This document shows positions 39,047 to 48,593 of a DNA stretch of 61,539 bases, in pieces (within the stretch, counting starts at the first letter, position 1; each line of letters begins with the position of its first letter). The notes beneath the pieces are model-generated. The model was not told the origin of the DNA. It was given only the letters and a program-made list of their open reading frames with translations, and ran no database searches. Source of the DNA: Chloroflexota bacterium. GTDB taxonomy: Bacteria; Chloroflexota; Chloroflexia; QHBQ01. The position numbers and the translations under genes are program-made. The stretch covers positions 1 through 61,539 of the forward strand of contig JAYUUN010000009.1 of NCBI GenBank assembly GCA_043754535.1, written 5' to 3'.

Positions 39047-39571
39047 TCAGGGCTTGCCGCCGCCATGCTTGCTAATGTTGGTGTTGTCGGGGTTTGTGCC
39101 GTTGGAGCTAGGCGTTTCGGGGGTGGCATCCTCGTCGGGGCCATTGGCCGAGATCAGCATCCCCTCAAAGTCGTCGCACTCCTGCACCAGCGAGAGGGTC
39201 AGGCGGCTGAACTGGTCAGGGTCAAGGTCTTCTATTTCCAGGTTGTGCATCACAGAGTAAACCTGCTTCTCACCAATCTCCTCAACCGCCCAGAAGCCCA
39301 TCTTGCGGCGGGCGTTGCGCTGAAGCAAGACAGTAGAGAGGCCACCGGGGATTTCTTCCTCGCTGTCGAAGGCAGCCATGCTAGGCACAGAGAACTCCAG
39401 GGTCTCATCATAGCGGATAATGAACAGGGTTTGGGGCCGCCCAGAGTCCATAGTGAAGGTGATTACGGCCTTGCGCTCGTCGGCCTCGGCAAGGGTGAAG
39501 CCAGCATCCTGGCTGTACTGCTCGAAGGTGGCTTTGAAATCAAAACTAGCACCGTCAAAAGGGGTGGTCAA
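39047..39571 (-). CDS. YbjN / secretion-chaperone-fold-like hypothetical protein
   Basis: GRPQTLFI..LEFSVPS..LLQRN..GFW..ECDDFE; TTG start with GAGGAG. Confidence 0.6.
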   Translation of the reverse strand: MTTPFDGASFDFKATFEQYSQDAGFTLAEADERKAVITFTMDSGRPQTLFIIRYDETLEFSVPSMAAFDSEEEIPGGLSTVLLQRNARRKMGFWAVEEIGEKQVYSVMHNLEIEDLDPDQFSRLTLSLVQECDDFEGMLISANGPDEDATPETPSSNGTNPDNTNISKHGGGKP

Positions 39572-39659
39572 GGTAAGAACTCCTCTCTGCTTGGTAGCGC
39601 GGCCCACTTTTCGGGCTGCGTCAGTTGGGGCTTGGCGGCGGTCGCCAGCCAGTAGGGGC

Positions 39660-39688
39660 ATTATAGCAGCGTGATTGGGGAGTGTCAA
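39660..39688 (-). promoter_or_regulatory. Full-consensus housekeeping promoter
   Basis: TTGACA-N17-TATAAT with extended TG. Confidence 0.85.
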
Positions 39689-39806
39689 TCAAAGAAGCAG
39701 CGGAAATGTAGAAGGAGCGGCCACCCTCGCAGGTAGTCGCTCCAGCCTTGTTGCTTTTCGTTGTTTGTAGTACGCCAGGGTTACTGCCAGCCCCGTGGGG
39801 CCGCAA

Positions 39807-40232
39807 TCAACGCTTGGTGTACTGCGGAGCGCGCCTGGCCTTCTTCAAGCCAACGTGCTTGCGCTCCTTAACGCGGGGGTCGCGGGTAAGATAGCCAGCC
39901 CGCTTGAGGGTCGGGCGCAGGGCCGCATCGAAGACGAGCAGGGCGCGGGCGATGCCGTGCCGTACGGCTCCAGCCTGACCGCTGACCCCGCCGCCAACAA
40001 CCTTGATCGACACACCAAAGCGGCCAGCCATGTTGGTGACGCGGAAGGGGTCGTTGATCACGATCTGGTTCATGCCACGACCGCCGAAGTAGTCCTCAGC
40101 CGTCTTGCCATTAATGATGAACTGGGTAGCACCGGGGGTAATCCGCACGCGGGCGATGGCCGACTTGCGGCGGCCCGTGCCGTAGAAGTAGCGGCTGCTG
40201 GCAGCCGGGCTGCTCTGTGTAGGGGTTGTCAA
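39807..40232 (-). CDS. rpsI: 30S ribosomal protein S9
   Basis: [32 protein letters not shown]. Confidence 0.98.
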   Translation of the reverse strand: MTTPTQSSPAASSRYFYGTGRRKSAIARVRITPGATQFIINGKTAEDYFGGRGMNQIVINDPFRVTNMAGRFGVSIKVVGGGVSGQAGAVRHGIARALLVFDAALRPTLKRAGYLTRDPRVKERKHVGLKKARRAPQYTKR

Positions 40233-40235
40233 CTC

Positions 40236-40724
40236 TTAGCTCTCCTTCTGACCAGCCTGGCGGTTGCCATGCTGCCGCTCGTTGAAGACATAGGGGACGG
40301 GGGTTTGGCCGCCGTGCGGGTGGCTGGGGCCAGCGTAGACGTGCAGCTTGCCCAACTGCGCGTTGCCAAGGCGGTTGCGTGGCACCATGCCCTTGACTGC
40401 ATTCTCGATGATCCGCTCCGGGTGGGTCGCCATCAAGTCCTTGTAAACTACCTCGCGGAAGCCGCCGGGGTAGTTGGAGTGGCGGCGGTACATCTTTTGG
40501 TTGGCACGGTCGCCAGTGACCACGATCTGCTCGGCGTTGATCACTACCACGTGGTCACCGCTATCGAGGTGGGGAACGAAGGTTGGCTTGTGCTTGCCAC
40601 GGATGAGGTTAGCGACCTCGCTGCTCAGGCGGCCCAGGGTCATACCAGCGGCATCAACCAGGTGCCAGGCGTGGGCGATCTCGCTCAACTTAGGCTGGTA
40701 AGTCTTGACGTTGATACTCTTCAT
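40236..40724 (-). CDS. rplM: 50S ribosomal protein L13
   Basis: LGRLSS, GKHKPTF.PH.D.GD.V, YRRHSNYPGG. Confidence 0.98.
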   Translation of the reverse strand: MKSINVKTYQPKLSEIAHAWHLVDAAGMTLGRLSSEVANLIRGKHKPTFVPHLDSGDHVVVINAEQIVVTGDRANQKMYRRHSNYPGGFREVVYKDLMATHPERIIENAVKGMVPRNRLGNAQLGKLHVYAGPSHPHGGQTPVPYVFNERQHGNRQAGQKES

Positions 40725-40813
40725 TGCTCACAGTTTCCTTTGTCATCAGTGTTTGCTCCGCTAGCGGCGGTAGCACGACCAGATATAACCCGCTCCCCAG
40801 GGAGGTCGGGGGA

Positions 40814-41608
40814 CTAATACTCCACCTGCACCAGGCAGAGACCCTGCGGTGGGGCGGTCGGCCCTGCGGCCTTGCGCTCCGTGGCCGCTAGCACAGCCGC
40901 GAAGCCTGCCAGGTCTAGCCTACCGCTGCCAACTAGCAGGAGGGTGCCAACTATATTGCGAACCATGTGTGGCAGGAAAGCGTTACCCGCCAGCCTAACC
41001 AGCACCAGTCTGCCCGTCACCGCCACCTCACGCACGAAGCAGGTTGCCTCGTAGAGCAGGCGGACGGTTGAGGGGCTACCCTCTTGCCCGCTGCGGCTGC
41101 CCCAGCCGTCACCGGCGAAGCTGGCGAAGTTGTGTTCGCCCACGAGGTTAGCAGCGGCTGCGTCCATCGCGTTCACATCCAACGGACTAGCAACGTGGTA
41201 GCTGTAAAACCGTCGCAGCGGAGAGGGCGCAGGCCCATTCCAGATAGCATATTCGTATGTGCGCCGCTTCGCGTCGAAGCGGGGATGGAAGCTGTCTGCG
41301 GCTTCCGCCACCTGCCAGATGCGAAGATCGGGCGGCAGGTAGGCATTGAGGGCGCGCTGCCAGTCATTCAGTTTGAGGCGGGCTGCCGTCCCCTCTGTGG
41401 GAGGTTGGAAGGCAGCTACCTGACCTTCAGCGTGTACGCCGCTGTCGGTGCGGCCAGCCAGGGTCACACGGATCGCTTGCCCGACCAGGCGGCTGATCGC
41501 CCCTTCCAGTTCGCCCTGCACCGTGCGCTGCTGCTGCCCCTGCTTGCTCTGGTACTGCGAACCGTAGAAGGCGGTGCCGTCGTAGGCAAGGGTCAGCTTT
41601 AGCATCAT
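40814..41608 (-). CDS. truA: tRNA pseudouridine(38-40) synthase
   Basis: AYDGTAF.GSQ, AGRTDSGVHA.GQ, FLPHMVR, TAPPQGL.L. Confidence 0.96.
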   Translation of the reverse strand: MMLKLTLAYDGTAFYGSQYQSKQGQQQRTVQGELEGAISRLVGQAIRVTLAGRTDSGVHAEGQVAAFQPPTEGTAARLKLNDWQRALNAYLPPDLRIWQVAEAADSFHPRFDAKRRTYEYAIWNGPAPSPLRRFYSYHVASPLDVNAMDAAAANLVGEHNFASFAGDGWGSRSGQEGSPSTVRLLYEATCFVREVAVTGRLVLVRLAGNAFLPHMVRNIVGTLLLVGSGRLDLAGFAAVLAATERKAAGPTAPPQGLCLVQVEY

Positions 41609-41669
41609 ACCCTCTCTTGCGCTCAAGAAGCGGAGGCTTCTATTCCGCTAGCGAAGGGGCGAGTGGTGG

Positions 41670-42032
41670 TTAGCTCTCCAGGATTTCGAGCAGGCAGATG
41701 TGCGCGTGGTCGCCCAGGCGGTAGCCGAGTTGGTAGATGCGGCTGTAGCCACCGTTGCGGTTGATAAAGCGCGGGGCGATATATTCGAACAGCTTGGCGG
41801 TGAGCAGCTTGTTGTTCAAAGCGGACATTATCTGAGCGCGGTTGTGTGGAGTATCCACACGGGCGGTGGTGATCAGCTTCTCCAACATCGGCTGAATCTC
41901 CTTCGCCTTCGCCTCGGTGGTCTTAATCCGCTCGTGTTCTACCGCTGAAACCAGCAGGTTGCGGTAGAGGGCGTGACGCTCGGCCCCGGTACGGCCAAGA
42001 TAGCGTCCCTTGCGATTGTGCTTCATGCCCAT
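41670..42032 (-). CDS. rplQ: 50S ribosomal protein L17
   Basis: ERIKTTEAKAKE, RNGGYSRI; follows rpoA. Confidence 0.96.
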   Translation of the reverse strand: MGMKHNRKGRYLGRTGAERHALYRNLLVSAVEHERIKTTEAKAKEIQPMLEKLITTARVDTPHNRAQIMSALNNKLLTAKLFEYIAPRFINRNGGYSRIYQLGYRLGDHAHICLLEILES

Positions 42033-42080
42033 TAGGGTCTAACTCCTTGTCGCCCTCACCCGAAGACCGGGGAGGATCGG

Positions 42081-43157
42081 CTACTTGCTTTCTTCTTCGT
42101 CCAGGTCGTCGGTCAGGCTTGCGCCCTCGGCCTGTTGGGCCGCGCGGGCCTTGTCCAGGTCAACGGCCAGGTCACTGTCGGGGGGTAGGAAGCCGCGTTC
42201 GGCCAGGCGCAGCCGCAGTTCGTCGTAAGACTTGTCGCCGAAGTTACGGACGGCCATCAAGTCCTTGCGATCCATCTGCAAGATTTGGCCCACTTTGGTG
42301 ATCGAGCTACGCTTGAGGCAGTTGTAGGTTCGCACCGACAGGTTTAGCTGCTCAATCGTGGTCTCGGCCACGTGCGAGGGGATGGAGGCGATGATGCCAT
42401 GCGCGATTTCGCGCTCACCGCCCAGGCCACGCTTGAAGTTAGCAATCAACGAGGTATGCTGCACCATCACCTGCGCGGCCTGGGAAAGTGCATCCGCCGG
42501 TTCGATAGTGCCGTCAGTCCAGACTTCCAACAGCAAGCTCTCGTTCTGCTGCTGCGGGTCGTCTGCATCTGCCTCGAACTCAACCATGTAGTTGACACGT
42601 GGGACTGGCGAAAAGATCGCATCCACTGGAATCAGGCCGATGGTTGGATTTTCGCGCCCGTCGGACGAGTAGTAGCCACGCCCCCGCTCGACGGTCAGTT
42701 CCATCTCCAGGTGTCCATTGTCACCGTCCAGGTGGGCAAGAACAAGTTCGGGGTTAACGATCTCGACCTGGCTGCTTGTCTCGATGTCACCCGCCTTGAC
42801 CTCCCCGCCTTCACTCACGCTGAGGCGTACCTGTACCGCCCGCTCGGAGAAGCTACGCAGCCGAATCTTCTTTACGTTCAGCACGATCTCGGTCACATCC
42901 TCTTTGACGGAGGGCAGCGACGAAAACTCGTGGTAGATGTTGTTGATGCGGATGTGGGTAACAGCACTGCCTGGCAGCGAGGAAAGCAGGATGCGGCGGA
43001 GCGAATTACCCAGCGTTTGTCCGTAACCTGGCCCCAACGGCGCAAAGCGAAAGCGGGTGTAGTTGGTGCCGACCGCCATTACTTCTACCTTCGGCCACTT
43101 ACTTTCTACCACGCGGTCAACCTCCTTGAACCCACTAGCTGTCAGAACTTGTGTCAC
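42081..43157 (-). CDS. rpoA: RNA polymerase alpha subunit
   Basis: TLGNSLRRILLSSLPG, HEFS..KEDV, LSVRTYNCLKR. Confidence 0.97.
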   Translation of the reverse strand: MTQVLTASGFKEVDRVVESKWPKVEVMAVGTNYTRFRFAPLGPGYGQTLGNSLRRILLSSLPGSAVTHIRINNIYHEFSSLPSVKEDVTEIVLNVKKIRLRSFSERAVQVRLSVSEGGEVKAGDIETSSQVEIVNPELVLAHLDGDNGHLEMELTVERGRGYYSSDGRENPTIGLIPVDAIFSPVPRVNYMVEFEADADDPQQQNESLLLEVWTDGTIEPADALSQAAQVMVQHTSLIANFKRGLGGEREIAHGIIASIPSHVAETTIEQLNLSVRTYNCLKRSSITKVGQILQMDRKDLMAVRNFGDKSYDELRLRLAERGFLPPDSDLAVDLDKARAAQQAEGASLTDDLDEEESK

Positions 43158-43786
43158 TAGCGGCTGTAGAACTCGACGATCAGTTGGTCGTTGATCGTCA
43201 GGTCAATATCGGCTTTGGTCGGCTGGCTAATCACGTTGCCTTCCATGCTGCGGGCATCAAGCGACAGCCAGCTAGCGGTGCTATGCTTGCCGAGGCTCTG
43301 GCTGACCGCCTTGAAGTAGTCCAACTCGCGGCTCTTGTCGCGCAGCACGATCTTGTCGGCCTGCTTGACGATGAAGGAGGGGATGTTGGTCTTGGTGCCA
43401 TTGACATCGAAGTGGCCGTGGCGCACCAGTTGGCGAGCCTGCGCCCGCGAGTCAGCGAAGCCGAGGCGGTACACCACGTTGTCCAGGCGCATCTCCAGAA
43501 TGCGAAGCAGGTTTTCGCCCGTCACGCCCTGGATGCGGTTGGCCGCGTCAAAGTGGCGGCGGAACTGACGCTCCAACACGCCGTAGATGCGCTTGGCCTT
43601 CTGCTTCTCGCGCAATTGCAGGCCAAACTCACTCGACTTGCGGGGTCGCTTCTGGCTGACAGGCCCTGGGGGGCTGTTGCGCCGCTCAATGGCGCACTTG
43701 GGGGTTAGACAGCGATCCCCCTTGAGGAGGAGCTTCATCCCCTCCCGACGGCACAGTTTACAAACTGGCCCAATATACCTTGCCAA
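43157..43786 (-). CDS. rpsD: 30S ribosomal protein S4 (Cys-containing type)
   Basis: [43 protein letters not shown] start. Confidence 0.98.
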   Translation of the reverse strand: MARYIGPVCKLCRREGMKLLLKGDRCLTPKCAIERRNSPPGPVSQKRPRKSSEFGLQLREKQKAKRIYGVLERQFRRHFDAANRIQGVTGENLLRILEMRLDNVVYRLGFADSRAQARQLVRHGHFDVNGTKTNIPSFIVKQADKIVLRDKSRELDYFKAVSQSLGKHSTASWLSLDARSMEGNVISQPTKADIDLTINDQLIVEFYSR

Positions 43787-43875
43787 AGATAGTCCTCCGT
43801 TATCACACTGCGAGGGGCGACATTGCACCCCTGATTGATGCTAATCAGCTAAAACGAGCGCACTCACGCCCAGGA

Positions 43876-44301
43876 TTAGACGCGCCGACGCTTGGGTGGG
43901 CGGCAACCGTTGTGCGGGATCGGGGTCACGTCGGTGATGCTGATCACCTGGATGCCGCTGGCTTGCAAGGCGCGGATCGCCGACTCGCGGCCACTACCTG
44001 GCCCCTTGACGAAGACCTCGACCTGGCGCAAGCCGTGTTCCATAGCCTTGCGCACCGCATTCTCCGCCGTCACCTGGGCGGCGTAGGGGGTGGACTTGCG
44101 CGAACCCTTGAAGTTGTTCGCCCCTGCGCTGCTCCACGACAGGACGTTACCATTCGGGTCAGCGAGGGTGACGATTGTATTGTTGAAGCTAGACTGGATA
44201 TGGGCCGTGCCACGCGGTACATTCTTGCGCTCACGCCGCTTGGCACGGGCCTGGCGGGCCTGCTTGGTGCTTACCGGGCGTTCTTGCTTCTTATCTGCCA
44301 T
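43876..44301 (-). CDS. rpsK: 30S ribosomal protein S11
   Basis: [38 protein letters not shown]. Confidence 0.98.
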   Translation of the reverse strand: MADKKQERPVSTKQARQARAKRRERKNVPRGTAHIQSSFNNTIVTLADPNGNVLSWSSAGANNFKGSRKSTPYAAQVTAENAVRKAMEHGLRQVEVFVKGPGSGRESAIRALQASGIQVISITDVTPIPHNGCRPPKRRRV

Positions 44302-44555
44302 GCTTGCTAAAACTCCTGTCAGTTTACTTAACGTTGTGTATGGATGCTGGTTCGCGGGGCCAGCGGGCCATCAAGCAGGGCGGGTGCCTTAGCTTGCAGA
44401 GGACGCAGCGGCTATCGCTGCAACAAGCTGGTTCACCGGAGCAAACTTGGTGGCTTTGGCCGCCAGCCCACTTCTCCTCCGCTGATGAGACGGTGAAGAA
44501 AGGCGTAGCTGAACGGTTGCTGGCTGGCGGGGTCTCGATAAGGAGACCTAATTGC

Positions 44556-44927
44556 TTACTTCTTGCGCTTAGAACCGACGATACGACGTGGGCCACGCCG
44601 GGTGCGCGCATTGGTGCGCGTGCGCTGCCCATGTACTGGCAGCCCCTTGCGGTGGCGGATGCCCCGATAGCACTGAATGTCAACCAACCGCTTGATGTTC
44701 ATGCTCACTTCGCGGCGCAGGTCGCCCTCTACGCGCACTTCGCGGTCGATGATCTCGCGCAGGCGCGTAACATCTTCCTCGCTCAGCAGGCGGGTGCGGG
44801 TGTCGGGATTGATGTTGGCCTGGGCCAGCACACGCTTGCTGGTGGTCGGGCCGATACCGAAGATATAGGTGAGGGAAATCTCGATCCGCTTATCGCGGGG
44901 GATGTCTACACCGGCGATTCTTGCCAA
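44556..44927 (-). CDS. rpsM: 30S ribosomal protein S13
   Basis: [32 protein letters not shown]. Confidence 0.98.
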   Translation of the reverse strand: MARIAGVDIPRDKRIEISLTYIFGIGPTTSKRVLAQANINPDTRTRLLSEEDVTRLREIIDREVRVEGDLRREVSMNIKRLVDIQCYRGIRHRKGLPVHGQRTRTNARTRRGPRRIVGSKRKK

Positions 44928-44997
44928 CGCCTAAACTCCTTCTTGAACGCTGGGGCAGGATCGCGCCTGCCCCCTACTTCCCTTGCGGGATGGGGGT

Positions 44998-45114
44998 CTA
45001 ACCCTGCCGCTGCTTGTGCTTGAGCTTGCTGCTGCAAATAACCATCACCACGCCCTTGCGCTTGATGATCTTGCAACTCTCGCAGCGGGGCTTGACCGAT
45101 GCACGTACCTTCAT
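44998..45114 (-). CDS. rpmJ: 50S ribosomal protein L36 (not in the ORF track)
   Basis: Hand translation: [38 protein letters not shown]. Confidence 0.97.
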   Translation of the reverse strand: MKVRASVKPRCESCKIIKRKGVVMVICSSKLKHKQRQG

Positions 45115-45170
45115 GTTACTGCTCCTTCGTTCGCCCACCTTGCGGCAGACTGCACTTGAATATGGCTCGT

Positions 45171-45392
45171 TTATCTGTAGCGGTAGGTGATCCTGCCACG
45201 AGACAGATCGTAGGGCGAAAGCTCGACTAGCACGCGGTCGCCAGGTAGAATGCGGATGAAGTTGAGGCGGATTTTGCCAGACACATGAGCCAGCACCTTG
45301 TGGCCGTTGTCCAATTCCACCTGGAACATCGCATTCGGCAACGACTCCAGTATCTTCCCTTCGACCTCGATTACGTCTTTCTTCTTTGCCAA
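45171..45392 (-). CDS. infA: Translation initiation factor IF-1
   Basis: [40 protein letters not shown]. Confidence 0.98.
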   Translation of the reverse strand: MAKKKDVIEVEGKILESLPNAMFQVELDNGHKVLAHVSGKIRLNFIRILPGDRVLVELSPYDLSRGRITYRYR

Positions 45393-45470
45393 AAACTAAC
45401 TACCTCCCTGGTTCGCCGCCCGAAAAGGGCGCAAGACATTGCGATGCGGCCTTGTGGCGCACTAACCCTT

Positions 45471-45500
45471 ATTATACTGGATTAGCCCCGCCTACGTCAA
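45471..45500 (-). promoter_or_regulatory. Internal promoter upstream of infA
   Basis: TTGACG-N18-TATAAT immediately after the map stop. Confidence 0.75.
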
Positions 45501-45501
45501 A

Positions 45502-46278
45502 TCAGAGGATGGTGAAGATGACTGGTCCATCGGCAGTGAAGCCAATGGTATGCTCGAAGTGCGAGGCCCATGCGCCGTCACTCGTTCGCAGCGTCCAGCC
45601 ATCCTGGTCAAGCGTCATGCTGGGGCTGCCTGCCGACAGCATTGGCTCGATTGCCAGTGCCATCCCTTCGCGGATCAACATCCCATCTTGGGGGCGGCCA
45701 TAGTTCGGTACGTGCGGGTCTTCGTGCATAGCAGTGCCGATACCGTGTCCACCGTAATCGAAGACCAGGCGGAAGCCCTCAGCCTCGGCGTAGGTCTGGA
45801 TCGCGTTGCTGATCGCCCCGATGTGCGCTCCCACCTTTGCGGCGGCGATGCCTCGGCGCAGCGACTCCTCGCCCGCTACCAGCAGATGTTGGGTCACTTC
45901 GCTGACCGGGCCGATGGCGAGACTGATCGCCGCGTCACCATGATAGCCCCGGTAGATCGCTCCGCAGTCGAGGCTGAGGAGATCGCCCGGCTTGAGCGGC
46001 ACGTCGTCTGGGATGCCATGTACTACTTCGTCGTTGACCGAGGCGCAGATCGTGGCGGGGTACTTCGGCTGGTCGGTACCCTGACCACCGTAGCCCTTAA
46101 AGCTGGGGATCGCCCCCGACTTGCGGATGTGCTGGTAAGCAATCTCGTCTAGCTGGCGCGTAGTCGCCCCCGCCACTGCCGCCTCGCGCATCAGTTGCAG
46201 GGCTTCAGCCACGATCTGGCCCGCCCGCCGCATCAGCTTGAACTGCTCCTCGTTCTTGGTCGTAATTCGGATGCCCAT
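45502..46278 (-). CDS. map: Methionine aminopeptidase type I
   Basis: CASVNDEVVHGIP, GYHGDAA, GHGIG..MHEDP, AIEPM, SHFEHT. Confidence 0.97.
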   Translation of the reverse strand: MGIRITTKNEEQFKLMRRAGQIVAEALQLMREAAVAGATTRQLDEIAYQHIRKSGAIPSFKGYGGQGTDQPKYPATICASVNDEVVHGIPDDVPLKPGDLLSLDCGAIYRGYHGDAAISLAIGPVSEVTQHLLVAGEESLRRGIAAAKVGAHIGAISNAIQTYAEAEGFRLVFDYGGHGIGTAMHEDPHVPNYGRPQDGMLIREGMALAIEPMLSAGSPSMTLDQDGWTLRTSDGAWASHFEHTIGFTADGPVIFTIL

Positions 46279-46388
46279 GAACCCCTCACCCTGACTTTCC
46301 CCCTCACCATGGAGGGGACTGGAAGTGTCCTGTCAGTCCACCCGCTCTTGCTTTGCTGCGCGCAAGGGAGGATGCTGCTGACCCAGCA

Positions 46389-47042
46389 CTAGTTTGTGGG
46401 CTGCTCCAGGCCGAGCAGTTGGACTAGGCGACGGCTAACTTCTTCGATGTCGGCCTCGCCATCGATCTCCTGCAATGCACCGTGGCTGCGATAGTAGTCA
46501 ACCACTGGGATGGTCTTCTCGAAGACTACCAGCCGCTTCTCCGCCGTTTCGCGACTGTCGTCGGGCCGCTGGTAGAGTTTGCTACCGTCAATATCGCAGA
46601 TGCCAACAACCCGTGGTGGGTTGTAGATGATGTGGTAGCTGTGGCTGGCGGCCTTGCAGATGTAGCGACCACCAAGCCTGTCTAGCAATGCTTCACGCTC
46701 TACTTTGATGTAGGGGACTGCGTCAATACGCTGGCCCTTCGCTGCCAAAGCCGCGTCCAATGCTTCGGCCTGGGCAACGGTGCGTGGGAAGCCGTCAAGG
46801 ATGATCGAGCGGTCGCTGTTGACAACTACCCGACTGAGGATCATGTCGATCATCACGCTGTCGGGGACGTACTCGCCGCGATCCATGTAAGCGGCGGCCA
46901 GCACGCCCAATTCCGTGCCGAGCTTGCGCTCCTCGTTCAAGAGGTTGCCACTCGACAGGTGTACCATGCCATACTGTTTGACGAGCATCTGAGCCTGTGT
47001 ACCTTTGCCCGCCCCTGGTGCGCCTAGCAACACTACGATCAT
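46389..47042 (-). CDS. adk: Adenylate kinase
   Basis: GAPGAGKGTQA, LDGFPRT..QA, QRPDD. Confidence 0.97.
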   Translation of the reverse strand: MIVVLLGAPGAGKGTQAQMLVKQYGMVHLSSGNLLNEERKLGTELGVLAAAYMDRGEYVPDSVMIDMILSRVVVNSDRSIILDGFPRTVAQAEALDAALAAKGQRIDAVPYIKVEREALLDRLGGRYICKAASHSYHIIYNPPRVVGICDIDGSKLYQRPDDSRETAEKRLVVFEKTIPVVDYYRSHGALQEIDGEADIEEVSRRLVQLLGLEQPTN

Positions 47043-47139
47043 CGTTGATCCCTTTTGCCTGGGGTAGCCAGCGGACTGCCAGCACGGGTGCCTGCTTTGC
47101 AAGCCGCATCCGTCAGGCCGCCCGCTGGCTGCCACGCCG

Positions 47140-48480
47140 CTAGTTCTTGATGAAGCCTTCGTACTGACGCATCAGCAGTTGTGCCTCAAGCTGCTTCATC
47201 GTGTCAATTGCTACACCGACGACGATGAGCAGGCTGGTGCTGGTGATCAGGTTCTGCGTGCCAGCCGAGCCAGTGGCTATTGCGCCGAGGTAAGGTAGTA
47301 CCGCGACCAGGCCGAGGAACAGCGCACCCAGTAGGGTGATGCGGAACAGCACCCGCTGGAGGTAACGGTCGGTCGCTGCACCTGGACGGACACCGGGGAT
47401 GCTACCGCCGCTCTTTTGCAGGTTTTCGGCGATCTGCTGCTGCTGGAACTGCACCAGCGTGTAGAAGAAGGCGAAGGCAACAACCATCACGAAGTAGAGA
47501 ATCTGGTACTGCAAAGTCTGGGGTGAGAAGAAGTCGCGTACCCCGGTGGCGAAGTCGCGGATGCCCTGCGATTGCGCGCCGAGGAAGAAGCCCGCGATGG
47601 TCGAGGGAAACAGCATGATCGCAATGGCAAAGATCAGCGGGATCATGCCTGCCGAGTTGACGCGCATGGGGATGAAGCTGCTCCCGCTCTGTCGGGTAAT
47701 CCGCCCACCGCGCATCATAGTGCGGGCGTAGTTGACGGGGATGCGCCGTTGCCCTTCCTGGATCAGCACGATACCGATGATGGTAGCGATGCCAATCAGG
47801 ATGAAGATGATGAAGCCGATGAAGTTGCCGACCCCAGCGGTGGAGTTGAACAACTGACCGATTTTGTTCGGTAGGCCCGCGACAATGCCACCGAAGATGA
47901 TGATGCTGACCCCCTGGCCGATGCCATATTCGGTGATCAGTTCGCCCATCCAGACAAGCAGGATAGTGCCAGCGACCATAGCGACCAGCACCGCCCAGCT
48001 AAACAGGCGGTCGGCATTGCCGTCGAGTAGGCCGAACTTGAAGTTGAGCAGGCTGGTGCTGGCACCGAGGGCTGCCCCATTGCTGAACTGGCGCAGGAGG
48101 CCGTAGGCTTCGAGGGCAGCCAGCGGTACGCTGACGTAGTGGGTGATGCGGTTGATCTGGGCGCGGCCCGACTCGCCTTCTTTCGAGAGTTCGGTCAGGC
48201 GTGGGATGATGCCGATCAGCAACTGCATCACGATGGAGGCGGTGATGTAGGGGTAAACCCCCATGGCGATCACCGAGAATTGGCTGAGAGTACCGCCAGA
48301 GAAGACGTTGAGGATGCCGAGAGCCTGGTTGCCCTCGATCACCTTCGCCAGTTCGCTGAGGTTGATACCTGGCACTGGCACGTGGGCGATGAAGCGCACG
48401 AGGATGAGAATGCCGATAGTAAACAGTATCTTGCGTCGCAAGTCGGCGATGCGGAAGGCGTTGAGCGTAGCCTGGAGCAT
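47140..48480 (-). CDS. secY: Preprotein translocase subunit SecY
   Basis: GVYPYITASI.MQLL, GMIPLIFA, IPGVRPG, TSLLIVVGV. Confidence 0.98.
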   Translation of the reverse strand: MLQATLNAFRIADLRRKILFTIGILILVRFIAHVPVPGINLSELAKVIEGNQALGILNVFSGGTLSQFSVIAMGVYPYITASIVMQLLIGIIPRLTELSKEGESGRAQINRITHYVSVPLAALEAYGLLRQFSNGAALGASTSLLNFKFGLLDGNADRLFSWAVLVAMVAGTILLVWMGELITEYGIGQGVSIIIFGGIVAGLPNKIGQLFNSTAGVGNFIGFIIFILIGIATIIGIVLIQEGQRRIPVNYARTMMRGGRITRQSGSSFIPMRVNSAGMIPLIFAIAIMLFPSTIAGFFLGAQSQGIRDFATGVRDFFSPQTLQYQILYFVMVVAFAFFYTLVQFQQQQIAENLQKSGGSIPGVRPGAATDRYLQRVLFRITLLGALFLGLVAVLPYLGAIATGSAGTQNLITSTSLLIVVGVAIDTMKQLEAQLLMRQYEGFIKN

Positions 48481-48593
48481 GGAGTGAGGGCTACCTTTCT
48501 AAGTTGACCGGGGGCGAGTTTGCGCCCCTGGCGACTGCTGGTTGCCAGATGGGGAAGCAGCGCGAGCTAGTGGCTTGCGCTGCTTCCTGCTGC

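Noticed and set aside
44304..45023. 239-aa ORF spanning rpsM and its spacer, and the 119-aa ORF 44324-44683
   Set aside because: Overlap rpsM/rpmJ in other frames or orientation; no RBS or recognisable motifs
46560..46670. Adk LID with incomplete Zn motif (CKAA...CDID)
   Set aside because: Partial loss of LID cysteines is common variation among adenylate kinases
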